Positions 9,622-19,791 are shown, counted from the first letter of the stretch. The stretch: DNA of 64,000 bases from an uncultured Planctomycetaceae bacterium (GCA_963976765.1 CAXBME010000001.1:62001-126000); one strand, 5' to 3'. A program made the numbers and translations. Notes: generated from the sequence alone by a model not told the origin.

Positions 9622-11265
9622 TCATGCGTTCTGCAGCCATTTTGAAATGATCGCTGCCGCCGCAGCCGGATCATTCTCGACCGTTGATTCGAGGGTCTCA
9701 CGATTTGACAGACGCCGTTGCTCGGCATCTGCAACAACGACTTCCTTTTCAACGGACGCCGCCGCAAAGTCTGCAGCAACAGTTGTCACTGTGTTGGACA
9801 GTTTGTCGAGTGCTGCTGTCGACGGCGCAGACTCCGAAACTGGCATGCTCTTTTTCAGAAGCATCAAAGCCCACGCGCCAAAAAGCGTCAGTGCAATACT
9901 GCTGCCCCATGTCGACAGGAAGTCTTTGAGCATGTCGGTAAACGGCAGGTCCATTGACGGTGCATCGGGTTCGATTCGTCGATGCGTAGTGACGACGACG
10001 GACCCGTCTGGTGAATTTGGCGGGATCAGCTTTTTGACGATGTCTTCCACGTTTTTTGTGAACGTCGTTTTTTTTGTCTCGAACGCCGCCTGAAAGTCTG
10101 CCTTCTCCTGATCCGTCGAGCCTTGAGGGAGCCCATCACGGATAACGAGCTGTTCGATGTGACCTTCCGGGATCGACACGGCGACCTGCAACGAGGTTTC
10201 GTTGAGCGGCGTTCCCTGAGTGTCGGTGACGGTCATTGATGGAGCGGAAAAGGTTTTGGTGCTCTGGTTTTTGTCCGTCGTTGACGTCTGTTTTGAATTC
10301 GTCGAAGCCAGGCTGCGAGGCTGATTGGACGCCGTTCCTGGAACTCCAGCTGCCGGCCCTTCGTTGCTGGTTGACTCTTCCGTATCCTGAATCGTCGTCA
10401 GTTCGACGCCCTTGTCGATCTGTTGAGTGCGTTCGCGAGTGGCCAGGACATTGTCAAAACCAACATGCACAGCAACGACGGAATTGGGAGCGATCTCGTT
10501 GAGGGCATCCTGAATTCGCATTTGATGAAACTGAACCCGGCTGCGTTTCAGCTCTTCCAGTTTGTTATCAAACGGGTCGTCTGGATCGTTGCCTGCCCAT
10601 GACTGTCCGGTAGAGCGATCGATAACGACCACGTTGTCGCGTTCCAGATCCGGCACCATTGTCGCTACAGAATTTCGCAGTGATTCAACCAGCCTGCGAG
10701 GAAGCTCACGACCGCCGTCAGGGGTGACGTGAACAGAAGCTTTAACCCCACCTGTTCTGCTCCACCGCGACTTGGTGTCCGGTCGCGACCAGATCACCTG
10801 AGCGTCCCTGATACCGTCGATCGCTCGAAGGTTGTTACGAATTTTTCTGGAAAGTTGGACATCCATCAGAGCAGCAAACTGGCTCTGCGGAGTGAACGGG
10901 TTGACCTCTTTGAGAGCTGCTTCCAGTTCGTCGTACGCGTGTGGCGAGCTGATTCCGGCAGACATCAACGCGCCGTTGTACTCGTCCACTTTCGATGACG
11001 GGACAAGAATGCGCCCACCGACGGTGTGGAAATCGTTGAAGCCACGATCCAGCAATGCCTGTTCGGCCTGCGCGCGGACTTCGCTGTCGAAAGCAGCTCC
11101 GTACTGCAAAGGCGTCGTGCCGCCGTCGTCACCGCCGAAGATCAGAATCCCGAATGGTACCATGACCATCAGACCGAGCGCCACCAGCGTCATCTTCTGA
11201 TGAGGCTGCATGTCGCCAAACAGGTCGTTGAACTGAACGCGGATTTTGTTGATGAATTCGACCAT
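9622..11265 (-). CDS. fliF: Flagellar MS-ring protein FliF
   Basis: Two TM segments flanking a large domain with IDGIRDAQV, ASVHV, VPDLERDNVVVID and GVPGTASN; C-terminal DPAAAAAIISKWL; between fliE and fliG. Confidence 0.92.
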   Translation of the reverse strand: MVEFINKIRVQFNDLFGDMQPHQKMTLVALGLMVMVPFGILIFGGDDGGTTPLQYGAAFDSEVRAQAEQALLDRGFNDFHTVGGRILVPSSKVDEYNGALMSAGISSPHAYDELEAALKEVNPFTPQSQFAALMDVQLSRKIRNNLRAIDGIRDAQVIWSRPDTKSRWSRTGGVKASVHVTPDGGRELPRRLVESLRNSVATMVPDLERDNVVVIDRSTGQSWAGNDPDDPFDNKLEELKRSRVQFHQMRIQDALNEIAPNSVVAVHVGFDNVLATRERTQQIDKGVELTTIQDTEESTSNEGPAAGVPGTASNQPRSLASTNSKQTSTTDKNQSTKTFSAPSMTVTDTQGTPLNETSLQVAVSIPEGHIEQLVIRDGLPQGSTDQEKADFQAAFETKKTTFTKNVEDIVKKLIPPNSPDGSVVVTTHRRIEPDAPSMDLPFTDMLKDFLSTWGSSIALTLFGAWALMLLKKSMPVSESAPSTAALDKLSNTVTTVAADFAAASVEKEVVVADAEQRRLSNRETLESTVENDPAAAAAIISKWLQNA

Positions 11266-11319
11266 TGATCACGCTGATTGAGGAAATGAAATGCAGGCTG
11301 GAACGAAGAATTCGGGCGT

Positions 11320-11637
11320 CTACATCTGCATGTTTTTGAGTTCTTTCCAGGCGTCGACAACTTTTCGCTGAACCTGCAGCATCAGCTTCGTGGCCAGTTC
11401 TGCTTCGCGCATGGCGATGACAGATTCCGCGAGTGTGATGTCACTGCCAGCCAGGTTGTCTCCGATAGTTGTTTGGGCCGCATGTTCCAGTCCGGCGACC
11501 TCGCTCATTGAGTTGAGCATCAGTTTCTGAAACGACGGACCGCTGACTTCGCCGGTCGAACTGGACGACAGAGTCTTCATCAGAAACAGTGGGTCAGACA
11601 TGCCCAGTGGCGTTCCGAGTCCGTTGATCTGTGACAT
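11320..11637 (-). CDS. fliE: Flagellar hook-basal body protein FliE
   Basis: SFQKLML...IAMREAELATKLMLQVQRKVVDAWKELKNMQM. Confidence 0.93.
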   Translation of the reverse strand: MSQINGLGTPLGMSDPLFLMKTLSSSSTGEVSGPSFQKLMLNSMSEVAGLEHAAQTTIGDNLAGSDITLAESVIAMREAELATKLMLQVQRKVVDAWKELKNMQM

Positions 11638-11668
11638 GTGAAGGCTCTGTGGGAAGTTGAAAATTGAA

Positions 11669-12079
11669 TTACTGGAGCAACCGCAGGGTTTGTTCGGCCA
11701 TCTGACGGGTCATCTGAATGGCCGAGGTGTTCGCTTCGTATGCTCGACTGGCAAGAATCGCGTCGGCGAATTCGTTCATCAGGTTGATCTCTGGAAAGGC
11801 GACCATGCCGGTTTCTGGATCGGCATCCGGATGCCCGGGATCATGTACCAGACGCGGGCCGGTCGTCTGATCGACGTGAACTCGAAAACTGACTTCGCTC
11901 GGTCCTTTTTTGCCGTGCGTACTTTCCGAAAAGAATTCGACGTACCGGCGCTGAAACGGTTCGACTTCGCCGTTCGCATTCCGCGTTGTCTGCGCGTTGG
12001 CAATATTGCCCGCGATGACGTTCATCCGTTCGCGCTGGGCGACGAGCGCGCTGCGACTGATGTCGAGGGTACGAAGCAT
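11669..12079 (-). CDS. flgC: Flagellar basal-body rod protein FlgC
   Basis: ISRSALVAQRERMNVIAGNIANAQTT, DPGHPDAD, ASRAYEAN. Confidence 0.97.
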   Translation of the reverse strand: MLRTLDISRSALVAQRERMNVIAGNIANAQTTRNANGEVEPFQRRYVEFFSESTHGKKGPSEVSFRVHVDQTTGPRLVHDPGHPDADPETGMVAFPEINLMNEFADAILASRAYEANTSAIQMTRQMAEQTLRLLQ

Positions 12080-12179
12080 GTCACGGACCTCCTTGTCCGG
12101 GCCGGCTGTCGATGTCTTAACAGGGCAGATTAAATGGGAATGAGTCGATGATCCGAATGCCGAGTCGATGGCAACCGAT

Positions 12180-12650
12180 TCATGCCTGTCCCGAAATCAC
12201 CGATTCGAGAAGGTTGTATTGGGAAGTCATCATCTGCATGGCATAGCTTTGCATCATTAAAGTCCGAGTCATCTCCATGACTTCGTGCTCGATGTTGCGT
12301 TTGCCGTTGTCCTGCAGACCGAGTGAGTGGGAGGGGAGTTGCTGAGAGCGGAAGAGTTCGTCGGTAAACAGGTCGTCAACGACCGGTTCCCGCGTCATCA
12401 AAGTGGATGGGAATTCGACGGGGAGAAGTGAAGATGTGCTTTGAGAAGTGTGCCGAGAGGGGGATTTGAGCTGGCGGACGGCCTTTTTCATTGCTTCCTG
12501 AAAGGCTTCGACCGGTAGATCCTGAGTCTTGTAATCGGGCGTGTCAATTTTGGCAATATTGGCTGTGAGCACCTGCTGCCGCCGTTCGTTGAACTGCGCG
12601 ACCTGCTTGAGCAAAGGCACCGTCGGTGGCTGAATGAATGAATTGATCAT
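12180..12650 (-). CDS. flgB: Flagellar basal-body rod protein FlgB
   Basis: RQQVLTANIAKIDTPDYK, QDNGKRNIEHEV; upstream of flgC. Confidence 0.93.
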   Translation of the reverse strand: MINSFIQPPTVPLLKQVAQFNERRQQVLTANIAKIDTPDYKTQDLPVEAFQEAMKKAVRQLKSPSRHTSQSTSSLLPVEFPSTLMTREPVVDDLFTDELFRSQQLPSHSLGLQDNGKRNIEHEVMEMTRTLMMQSYAMQMMTSQYNLLESVISGQA

Positions 12651-12701
12651 GTCCGAAGACTCCCGGCGGAATCATTGTTTCCGCGACTCGAAATTCCATG
12701 A

Positions 12702-13172
12702 CTAGCGACTGGCATCAAGAAACCGCGGGCGAGGTGCGTTGCCGTGACCGACGCCTGGTAAACCATGAGGCGACTCGCCGATTTCCTTCAGACGTCCCTG
12801 CGTTTCATCGCGTCGCTGCGCAAGTACGGCTGTCCCTTGTTTTTCGAGAGCCATTGATTCGGCCAGCAACGATTCTGCGTCATCGATCGCCGACTGACAC
12901 CTGGACCGGACGTCCGCAGCCAGCTGGTTCCGGATTGATTTCCAGAAATTCACGATTCCACCGAACGAGCGACCAAGTTCTGCCAGGTGTTCCAGAACCC
13001 GCTGCTTCTGCGCGATCAGTTGCAGAAGTTCGGTGAAATTGCCGTCGTCAATCAGGCTGGCCTGCTGGCGTGAAAGTTCCAGCATCGCGCGACAGAACTC
13101 TCGCCGCCGCTGGAGCACGTCAAGCAGATCTGGCTGCTGTGTTGGATCAAGCTGTTCGGTCGCACTTGTCAT
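12702..13172 (-). CDS. FlgN/FliT-like helical flagellar chaperone (putative)
   Basis: LELSRQQASLIDDGNFTELLQLIAQKQRVL resembles FlgN/FliT helical bundles; inside the flagellar operon. Start chosen at MTSATEQ to avoid overlap with the upstream gene. Confidence 0.55.
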   Translation of the reverse strand: MTSATEQLDPTQQPDLLDVLQRRREFCRAMLELSRQQASLIDDGNFTELLQLIAQKQRVLEHLAELGRSFGGIVNFWKSIRNQLAADVRSRCQSAIDDAESLLAESMALEKQGTAVLAQRRDETQGRLKEIGESPHGLPGVGHGNAPRPRFLDASR

Positions 13173-13252
13173 GACTGTGTTTTGTGTTCCGTGGGTAATC
13201 GGTTGAATGTTCCGTGCTGGCCCGGTTGGCCGATTTCTCCGTAGGTGATCCG

Positions 13253-15769
13253 TCATGAGGCGTCGGAGAGCTGTGGGTACTGCCGGTCGTGAACCTGGCG
13301 AGCCCACTCGATCCATTCGCGCCATTGTTTTCGTGTTTGTCCGGTTGACGGTGAACCGAAGGCTTCATCGGGAAGTCGACCAAGAACCACTCGCGCCTGT
13401 TCGAGCTGTCTTCTGGCTTCGTCGGGTTTTTCCAGCCGCGCATAGCAGCGGGACATCTGGATATAAGCCGGCAATACCGAAACGTGATCGGCAAAACGGC
13501 TGGTAACCGTACGGAATCCGGCCAGTGCGTCGGCGTAGCGTTCCTGTTCGAACTGAGTTTCGGGAATCGCCATGAAAGTCGTCCGGTACATTTCCTGTCC
13601 GTAGTCGTCGAGCATTCCTGTGACCATCAACGCCTGCAAGGTTTGCTGCAAAGCTCGATACTCGTCACCGGCCCGATTCAGGGTGCGGGAAAGTTCCAGG
13701 AACAGTTCCTTCCGAGCGTTCACCGGCATGGAGTCTGACAGTTTTTCCCGAATCTCACCTGCTGATGACTGGAGCGATTTCGCCAGTAAATAGCGTGCGG
13801 GAATTCGTTCTTCGGTGTCCGGGTAACGTCCGAGATATTCTTCGAGATGCCGGATCGCTTCCTTCCATTGAGCATACGCCTTCTGTCGTTGCACCAGTTG
13901 CTCTTTCGTCATTTCGGCGTCGTTAGCGGGGACAGACCTGCGAAACGCGTTGGGGGCTCGACGAGCCTGCAGTTGGCCCAACGCGAACTTCGCAAGTCGC
14001 CATTCGTTGGCGTCAGGTTCCAGCTCGTCCGATGTCAGCATCGCTCTCCAGATTCGCTCGGCATCGTCCGGTCGATTTCGTTCAAGCTGACAAAGGCCGA
14101 GGCGATAGGTCGCTTCAAACACAGATGGATCTGTCGGAGAATTCAGCTCGACACTGCGGAAAGCCTCGAACGCTTCACTCAACCGGTTAAGGTTCATGAG
14201 CATCCGACCGCGAAAAACGTAGGCTTTTGGCACGCCTTGAGCGGGTTTGGATCGAATGAACTCATTGACCTGAGCCAGCGATTCTTTAAAGGCATAACCG
14301 CGAGCGAAATCTTCGGCACTCGTCCACACGGTTTCTGGATACGTCGCTTTCGTCCGCGTTGCGTCCGCCAGCGCGGCATAAGATTTCCCACTCTCGACCC
14401 ATAGTTTCCGAGACTCGGGCAACAGTTCCTGCTTCACTTTGAATGTTGCCATGTCCACTTTCGTCTGGACAGCGAGAGCCCATTGCCGACTGGTTTGAGC
14501 TGACAGTTCCAGGGCTCGAACACGCTCGATCAGTGGAGACATGACTCGGGTCAGAGCTAACGCCCGCTCGAATTTTTTCTTCTCAACCCAGTCGCTCCAG
14601 GCGAGGAGAATGTTGTCTCTGAACTGGTTGATGGTCAGCCAGCGATTCCGAAAATCCTGAGGCCGCACAACGGCCCGCAAGACCTGACGATAAGCCGCGA
14701 TGGCTTCCTCATCCCGGCCAGCAGCTCGCAGCAGACTGGCCATTCGAAGCTGCGAAGCCAGCCACTCATCAGTCTCGGCAAACTTGCGAGCCGTCTGCTG
14801 ATAATAATTGATCGCCGACTCGGCGGTTCCCATCCGCTCAGCAGACAAGGCATTGAGAAACGACGCCTGGCTCGCGTACAGCGTGTGGTTGTTGTCAGCG
14901 ATCAGCGGTTTCAGCAGCGTTTGTGCTTCAGAGTATTTTTGGTTGGCTTCAGTGACCGAGCCGTTCTTTGACAGGGTTTCAGCCTGTGACATCGCAATTC
15001 TGGCCAGCGAGATGATGCGTTCATGCTCGACGCTCGTCGCGGAAGCGACGTTCGAAAGTGTTTCTGTCGCCTCGTCGGTTTTGCCCTGTTTTTCCAGGAT
15101 GTCTGTTCTCAGCAGCGCCGCATGAGCCGCTTGTTCCTCAGTCATGCTTCCGCGAGCTGGCAGTTGATCACTCAGCGTCAATGCGTCGGCAAGGCTCTGT
15201 TCCGTCTGCAGATCGAGATAATTCTCCATCAGCAGAATCGAGGCTTCGATACTGCCTTTCGGATACGCGGTCAGCGACTCTTCGAGGATCTCGCGAGCTC
15301 TGGTTGGAAGGCTGACGGTTTGCAGAGCAACGCCCAGAGCCCACATCATTTCGCCGCGTCGCTCGTCCGGCATCGCGCGCGGTGCCGCGAAGTCAAAGTG
15401 CTCAATCGCCGTCAGATAGCGTTCCTGCTGCTCTTTTCCAGTGAACTCACGACCGTCGTAGAACGAAGCCAGTCCGCGGATGTAATGCTGTCCGGCTGGG
15501 AAATCAGGGTCGACGTACTTCAGCTCGTCCAGCTCTTCGACAATTTCCATCGCCTGGCGAATCTGCCAGTTTGTTTCGCGTTTGTCGATCAGTTCGAGAG
15601 CTTTCGCCAGCTTATCAGCTGGCGTTTCCGGGTCGCCCGAAAGTACAAAGAACGCACCGCCACCTCCCACCACAGCCAGCAGGGCTACGATGAGGATGAG
15701 CTTCTTGTTCGATCCGCCAGGGGCCGGTTCTGCTGTGGCCTCGGCTTCATTGGCAAGTTCATCAGCCAC
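13253..15769 (-). CDS. Membrane-anchored TPR-repeat protein heading the flagellar operon (838 aa)
   Basis: N-terminal KKLILIVALLAVVGGGGAFF TM segment; many TPR-like helix pairs (AYVFRGRMLMNLNRLSEAFEAF, ATYRLGLCQLERNRPDDA, AYIQMSRCYARLEKPDEA). GTG start. Confidence 0.85.
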   Translation of the reverse strand: MADELANEAEATAEPAPGGSNKKLILIVALLAVVGGGGAFFVLSGDPETPADKLAKALELIDKRETNWQIRQAMEIVEELDELKYVDPDFPAGQHYIRGLASFYDGREFTGKEQQERYLTAIEHFDFAAPRAMPDERRGEMMWALGVALQTVSLPTRAREILEESLTAYPKGSIEASILLMENYLDLQTEQSLADALTLSDQLPARGSMTEEQAAHAALLRTDILEKQGKTDEATETLSNVASATSVEHERIISLARIAMSQAETLSKNGSVTEANQKYSEAQTLLKPLIADNNHTLYASQASFLNALSAERMGTAESAINYYQQTARKFAETDEWLASQLRMASLLRAAGRDEEAIAAYRQVLRAVVRPQDFRNRWLTINQFRDNILLAWSDWVEKKKFERALALTRVMSPLIERVRALELSAQTSRQWALAVQTKVDMATFKVKQELLPESRKLWVESGKSYAALADATRTKATYPETVWTSAEDFARGYAFKESLAQVNEFIRSKPAQGVPKAYVFRGRMLMNLNRLSEAFEAFRSVELNSPTDPSVFEATYRLGLCQLERNRPDDAERIWRAMLTSDELEPDANEWRLAKFALGQLQARRAPNAFRRSVPANDAEMTKEQLVQRQKAYAQWKEAIRHLEEYLGRYPDTEERIPARYLLAKSLQSSAGEIREKLSDSMPVNARKELFLELSRTLNRAGDEYRALQQTLQALMVTGMLDDYGQEMYRTTFMAIPETQFEQERYADALAGFRTVTSRFADHVSVLPAYIQMSRCYARLEKPDEARRQLEQARVVLGRLPDEAFGSPSTGQTRKQWREWIEWARQVHDRQYPQLSDAS

Positions 15770-16079
15770 GGAAACTTCTCGCGCAGAACGCGTCGACGCC
15801 CCATTTGTCGAGGCGCATCAGTATTCTGTGAGGTGCGAATTGAAGGGGAAAAAGGCGACCGGAGATGGCCTGAGGAAGTGAGGCTGCCGTCTTGCTGACG
15901 CGTCTGGATACGTCGCCGGTCAAAACTTGAGCCGAATCTGGAAAGTGGGTCGACTTCTTAATTGTGTTTCGTGATTTCTGTCAACAGGGGTTCCCGCTAC
16001 GAGTGGTTTTCCTCCAGACTCCACTGAACGGTCACGAGCAGATTCATCGATCGAAGAATTACTTTTTCAGGAGTCCGCA

Positions 16080-16958
16080 ATGAAATCTCTGCGAGTTGCC
16101 ACATGCCAGTTTTCGGTCGAGCCGAAGATCGCTCACAACCGCAAAGAAATACTACGGCTGATGGAGCGGGCTCATGCCGGGAATGCCGACGTTGCTCACT
16201 TTTCGGAGTGTGCGTTGTCCGGGTATGCGGGAGTCGAATTTCCCGATATTGATTCGCTGGACTGGACATCGCTCAAAGCCGCAACGCGTGATATTCAGCA
16301 GCGGGCGAAAGAGTTGAAGCTGTGGGTGCTGCTCGGCTCAACTCATCAACTGTCCGGAGGAAACAAACCACACAACTCTGTTTACGTAATCAACGACCGA
16401 GGGCGCATCGTGAATCGCTATGACAAGCGATTCTGCACAGGGACTGACGGTCGAACACCGACGCTCGACCTGAAGCACTACTCGCCCGGTAATCGCAACT
16501 GCGTCTTCCGGGTCAAAGGTATCACCTGCGGAGTTCTGATTTGTTACGACTATCGATTCCCCGAGTTGTACCGCGATCTCAAACGCGAGCAGGTTCAGAT
16601 CGTCTTTCAATCATTTCACAACGCCCGACAGACCGTCGTCGACGACGCCAGTTACAACATCTGGAAGACAATCGTACCGTCGACGATGTCGTGCCGCGCG
16701 GCCGAAAACCATTTCTGGATCAGCGCGAACAACAGCACAACGCGCCCATCACGCTGGGGCAGTTTCGCCGTTCAGCCGGATGGTCAAATTACCAGCCAGC
16801 TTCCGGTACATCGATCCGGGATCCTGATCACCGAGATGGGAATGCGGAACGATTTTTTCGATGCTCCGGGGCCGTGGCGAGACGCGGCTATGAACGGCCA
16901 GTTGCACAGCGGCTGTCCTGTCGACGACCCCCGATCAGCCGATATTTCGTGCCTTTAA
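16080..16958 (+). CDS. Carbon-nitrogen hydrolase (nitrilase superfamily)
   Basis: Catalytic triad motifs HFSECALSGY (E), RYDKR (K), ICYDYRFPE (C). Confidence 0.92.
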   Translation: MKSLRVATCQFSVEPKIAHNRKEILRLMERAHAGNADVAHFSECALSGYAGVEFPDIDSLDWTSLKAATRDIQQRAKELKLWVLLGSTHQLSGGNKPHNSVYVINDRGRIVNRYDKRFCTGTDGRTPTLDLKHYSPGNRNCVFRVKGITCGVLICYDYRFPELYRDLKREQVQIVFQSFHNARQTVVDDASYNIWKTIVPSTMSCRAAENHFWISANNSTTRPSRWGSFAVQPDGQITSQLPVHRSGILITEMGMRNDFFDAPGPWRDAAMNGQLHSGCPVDDPRSADISCL

Positions 16959-16968
16959 CCTCGTTCAG

Positions 16969-17505
16969 TTATGCGTCGAAAAACTCGATGAGTCGACACC
17001 TTCTGACCATCGGCGCGATCGCCAGGGAAAATTCGCTCACCAGGGCGACTTCCGATGCGGAATACTCGCGAGCTTCAACCGTCTGTACGACCAGCACGCC
17101 TTGAAGTTGCCCTTCGTCGATCAACGCAAGTCCGTGAAAGCTGTTGTACTTTTCCTCCCCCGCTTCCGGGAAATATTTGAATCGCGGATGCTGAGACGCC
17201 GCAGCGACGGAAACAGTATGCATCTGCTCGGCCACCAGACCAGCCAGCCCTTCACTGGTTTTCATTCGAAGATGGCCGACGCTCGACTGATTCAGTCCCA
17301 TCGTTGCTGCGAGGCAAAGATGTTCTCGATCTTTCTCAAGGATATAAATCGAACAGACATCCAGTTCCAGATCGTTGGCAACGCGTCGCACCATCTCGGT
17401 CAAGGCCTGAGACGGCGGGTCAAACTGTTCGGCAATGCGATCGAGTTCGTCGGCAGAGAAACCTTCTCCCGTTGTCGTCTCTCCGATCGATTCCAGAGTC
17501 ATCAT
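16969..17505 (-). CDS. Stand-alone GAF domain protein resembling the N-terminal GAF of PtsP (EI-Ntr)
   Basis: DVCSIYIL...LAATMGL...EGLAGLVAEQ...HPRFKYFPEAGEE...LQGVLVVQ; no output domain. Confidence 0.85.
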   Translation of the reverse strand: MMTLESIGETTTGEGFSADELDRIAEQFDPPSQALTEMVRRVANDLELDVCSIYILEKDREHLCLAATMGLNQSSVGHLRMKTSEGLAGLVAEQMHTVSVAAASQHPRFKYFPEAGEEKYNSFHGLALIDEGQLQGVLVVQTVEAREYSASEVALVSEFSLAIAPMVRRCRLIEFFDA

Positions 17506-17577
17506 GCCTTTGCCTTTCGTGCTTTTTCTAACGCGTCGTTTGGTTCATGGATGCTGCCGCAGCATTCCAGATGCTGA

Positions 17578-18108
17578 TCAGACAACCTTTCGTGCTTCGA
17601 TCAGTCCAGCTTGCGTAACGTCTGCATTGTCGTCTTCCGGATCGAGCAGTTCGTGTTTCAGCAGTTTTTTATGAATCGTGTTCCGGTTAACGCCGAGCCG
17701 TTCGGCTGTCCGGGTCTGTACCTGTCCGCACTCGAAGTATGCTTTCTCGACAAGCGCCTTTTCGACACTTGACATCACGCGATGAAACAACTGACCGGTG
17801 TCATCGTTCGCCAGTTCGCGCTGAACAAGCAAATCCACCATCCGCTCGAACGAATCGACCTTCGTTAACTCGTCCACATTTAAAACCGTATCCACGACGG
17901 TCCGAGCCCGTTCGGCAGAGACGACGGCTTCGACACGGACGCCAGCATCGTCGTCGCATTCCGGGTTTACCGCTGATTGAGATTGTCCACTTATCGGAAG
18001 AAGTTCCCGTTCGGAAGCGGGCTCGTTCGAGCTTGCCGCTTTCGTTTCTGTCGAGCGAGCTTCCACTGGCAGAATCTGAACGATGACTCGTTTCATTTGT
18101 CCGTTCAC
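17578..18108 (-). CDS. Fis/NtrC-type helix-turn-helix protein without AAA+ domain
   Basis: LFHRVMSSVEKALVEKA...VQTRTAERLGVNRNTIHKKL matches the Fis/HTH_8 pattern; the N-terminus is low complexity. Confidence 0.8.
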   Translation of the reverse strand: MNGQMKRVIVQILPVEARSTETKAASSNEPASERELLPISGQSQSAVNPECDDDAGVRVEAVVSAERARTVVDTVLNVDELTKVDSFERMVDLLVQRELANDDTGQLFHRVMSSVEKALVEKAYFECGQVQTRTAERLGVNRNTIHKKLLKHELLDPEDDNADVTQAGLIEARKVV

Positions 18109-18447
18109 AATCTGAAATCTGTAGTCGAGTTAGTCTGCCGAAACTCCATGCCAGTTGGCTAAGCAATCTCTGGGCCATTCGTCGGTGACCTTCCGGGAAA
18201 TTCAACCAGAACAACAAACTCTTTCACTGGACGACGACCGACGGCTCATCAGGCCCGTTCAGTCAGTGGTCGAGATTTTCGATGTTCTAAGACCCCGTGA
18301 GATGTGCCACGTTTGGCTGCGTGCACAGTGTCGCGGCAATTTCGCTCGTAACCGAAGCACGAGAACGTTCCTAAGCGACCAGCATCCAGTCTCGAAAGGG
18401 CCGTCTGCTCGGAAAACACCAATGCTTCCAGATTTTTCGAGAGCGTC

Positions 18448-19455
18448 TCAAAGCCCTACCAGAAATCTCAGTGCGGCAGCAATGGCGACCAGACCGACAA
18501 TTGCCGCTGCCGCTTTGCCGAGTTGCTTCCAGGAGACTTCGTTTGTCGTGAGCTTTTCGGGCGTAATTAACCGTTCAAGACGGCGAGAACCCGTTTGATG
18601 GCATCGCTTCAGTGTGTCGATGATCTGAGGCCCGACGATCTCTGAAAGTATCTCGGCAAGAATTCCCTGCACGCTGCGAGCATTGATTGGACGATCGTCC
18701 GGATCTTTGCTCAGCAGACTCTGGATTAACTCGTCGAGCACTTGCGGACATTCGGGAACCCGGTCACGAGCGGATGGTGGCTTGGCACTTAAATGCTGAT
18801 CAAAGATCCTGGCGAAGTTTGTGCCCTCGTACGGAGGCTTGCCCGTCACCAGTTCAAAAAGCAGACAACCAACTGCGTAAAGATCTGCCTGATAAGAGAT
18901 CGACCGGTCGCCGCGAATCTGCTCAGGAGCCATGTAGAGGTACGAGCCGACCGTCAATCCCTGATCGGTAATCTCCGTCGCGCCGGTGTCCAGCGCGATG
19001 CCGAAATCGCCGAGTTTGATCAGCCCTGTCCTGTTGAGATAGATGTTCGACGGTTTCAGATCACGATGGACGATGCCGTGGTTGTGGATGTACTGCAAAG
19101 CCGAACACAACTGCCAGCCGCACTCGAGCGCTTCTTCAATACGCAGTTTTCCACGCTTACTGAGCAAATCTTTCAGTGTTCCACCTCGGACGATTTCCAT
19201 GCTGTAAAACAGGCGGTCGCCGTCGATCCCGTGGTCGTAACACGCGACAACGTTGGGATGAGTGAGCTTGTGCAGCACCTCAATTTCCCGCTCGAAGCGG
19301 CGGCGAATGGTTTCGTCCTGAGAGACTGCCGGCTGCAGAATCTTCAGAGCCACCTCTCGACGATTGGCACGGTCGACGGCGCGGCGGATTGTTCCCACGG
19401 TGCCGACACCGAGCGTCTCGCCGAGCTGAAAGGATTTGAGAGTTCTGTGGGTCAT
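18448..19455 (-). CDS. Hanks-type Ser/Thr protein kinase with C-terminal TM helix
   Basis: LGVGTVG, VALK, HRDLKPSN, DFG, MAPE motifs; hydrophobic C-terminus AAAAIVGLVAIAAALRFLVGL. Confidence 0.93.
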   Translation of the reverse strand: MTHRTLKSFQLGETLGVGTVGTIRRAVDRANRREVALKILQPAVSQDETIRRRFEREIEVLHKLTHPNVVACYDHGIDGDRLFYSMEIVRGGTLKDLLSKRGKLRIEEALECGWQLCSALQYIHNHGIVHRDLKPSNIYLNRTGLIKLGDFGIALDTGATEITDQGLTVGSYLYMAPEQIRGDRSISYQADLYAVGCLLFELVTGKPPYEGTNFARIFDQHLSAKPPSARDRVPECPQVLDELIQSLLSKDPDDRPINARSVQGILAEILSEIVGPQIIDTLKRCHQTGSRRLERLITPEKLTTNEVSWKQLGKAAAAIVGLVAIAAALRFLVGL

Positions 19456-19654
19456 GGCGTTACTGATCGTAGTTTCGAACAAATGCGGCGGAAATTTCAG
19501 GCAGTGCTGCGGCGTTCGTCGAGAAAGCAGGCACTTATGCTGACGTTCTCAGCACGCATGCTGCAAGTCGTGAGCCATTCGTAACTCGAATGATGCCGTT
19601 TTTCTGCTTTGTGAGCAGTGTCGAAGCAGTTAACCGTCGGTGATGTTGCTTGTT

Positions 19655-19671
19655 TAGGCACGCGAATTGCG
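19655..19671 (+). promoter_or_regulatory. Sigma54 (-24/-12) promoter upstream of amtB
   Basis: tAGGCACgcgaaTTGCg: GG at 19657-58 and GC at 19669-70 with exact 10-nt spacing, about 120 nt before the amtB start; amt genes are classic RpoN targets. Confidence 0.75.
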
Positions 19672-19791
19672 AAACGTGTTTTCCGTCGACAATTACTCAT
19701 CGCATTCAGGATGACCGCGATGCCTATGGGCTGTGACAGGCTCCAGAAAAACAAACACACCCGAATCACGAAATCGAAAGGTTCAACACAG

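Noticed and set aside
10068..10075. A8 run in fliF (coding strand) as a phase-variation site
   Set aside because: Short run encoding TKKT in an intact frame; no other support.
15920..15935. Sigma54 promoter for the flagellar operon (minus strand CGGCTCAAGTTTTGA)
   Set aside because: Spacing fits but both the -24 and -12 elements deviate from consensus; too weak to call.
18135..18154. Sigma54 promoter for the Fis-like gene (minus strand TGGCATGGAGTTTCG)
   Set aside because: Good -24 box, but the -12 position reads TTCG rather than TTGC.
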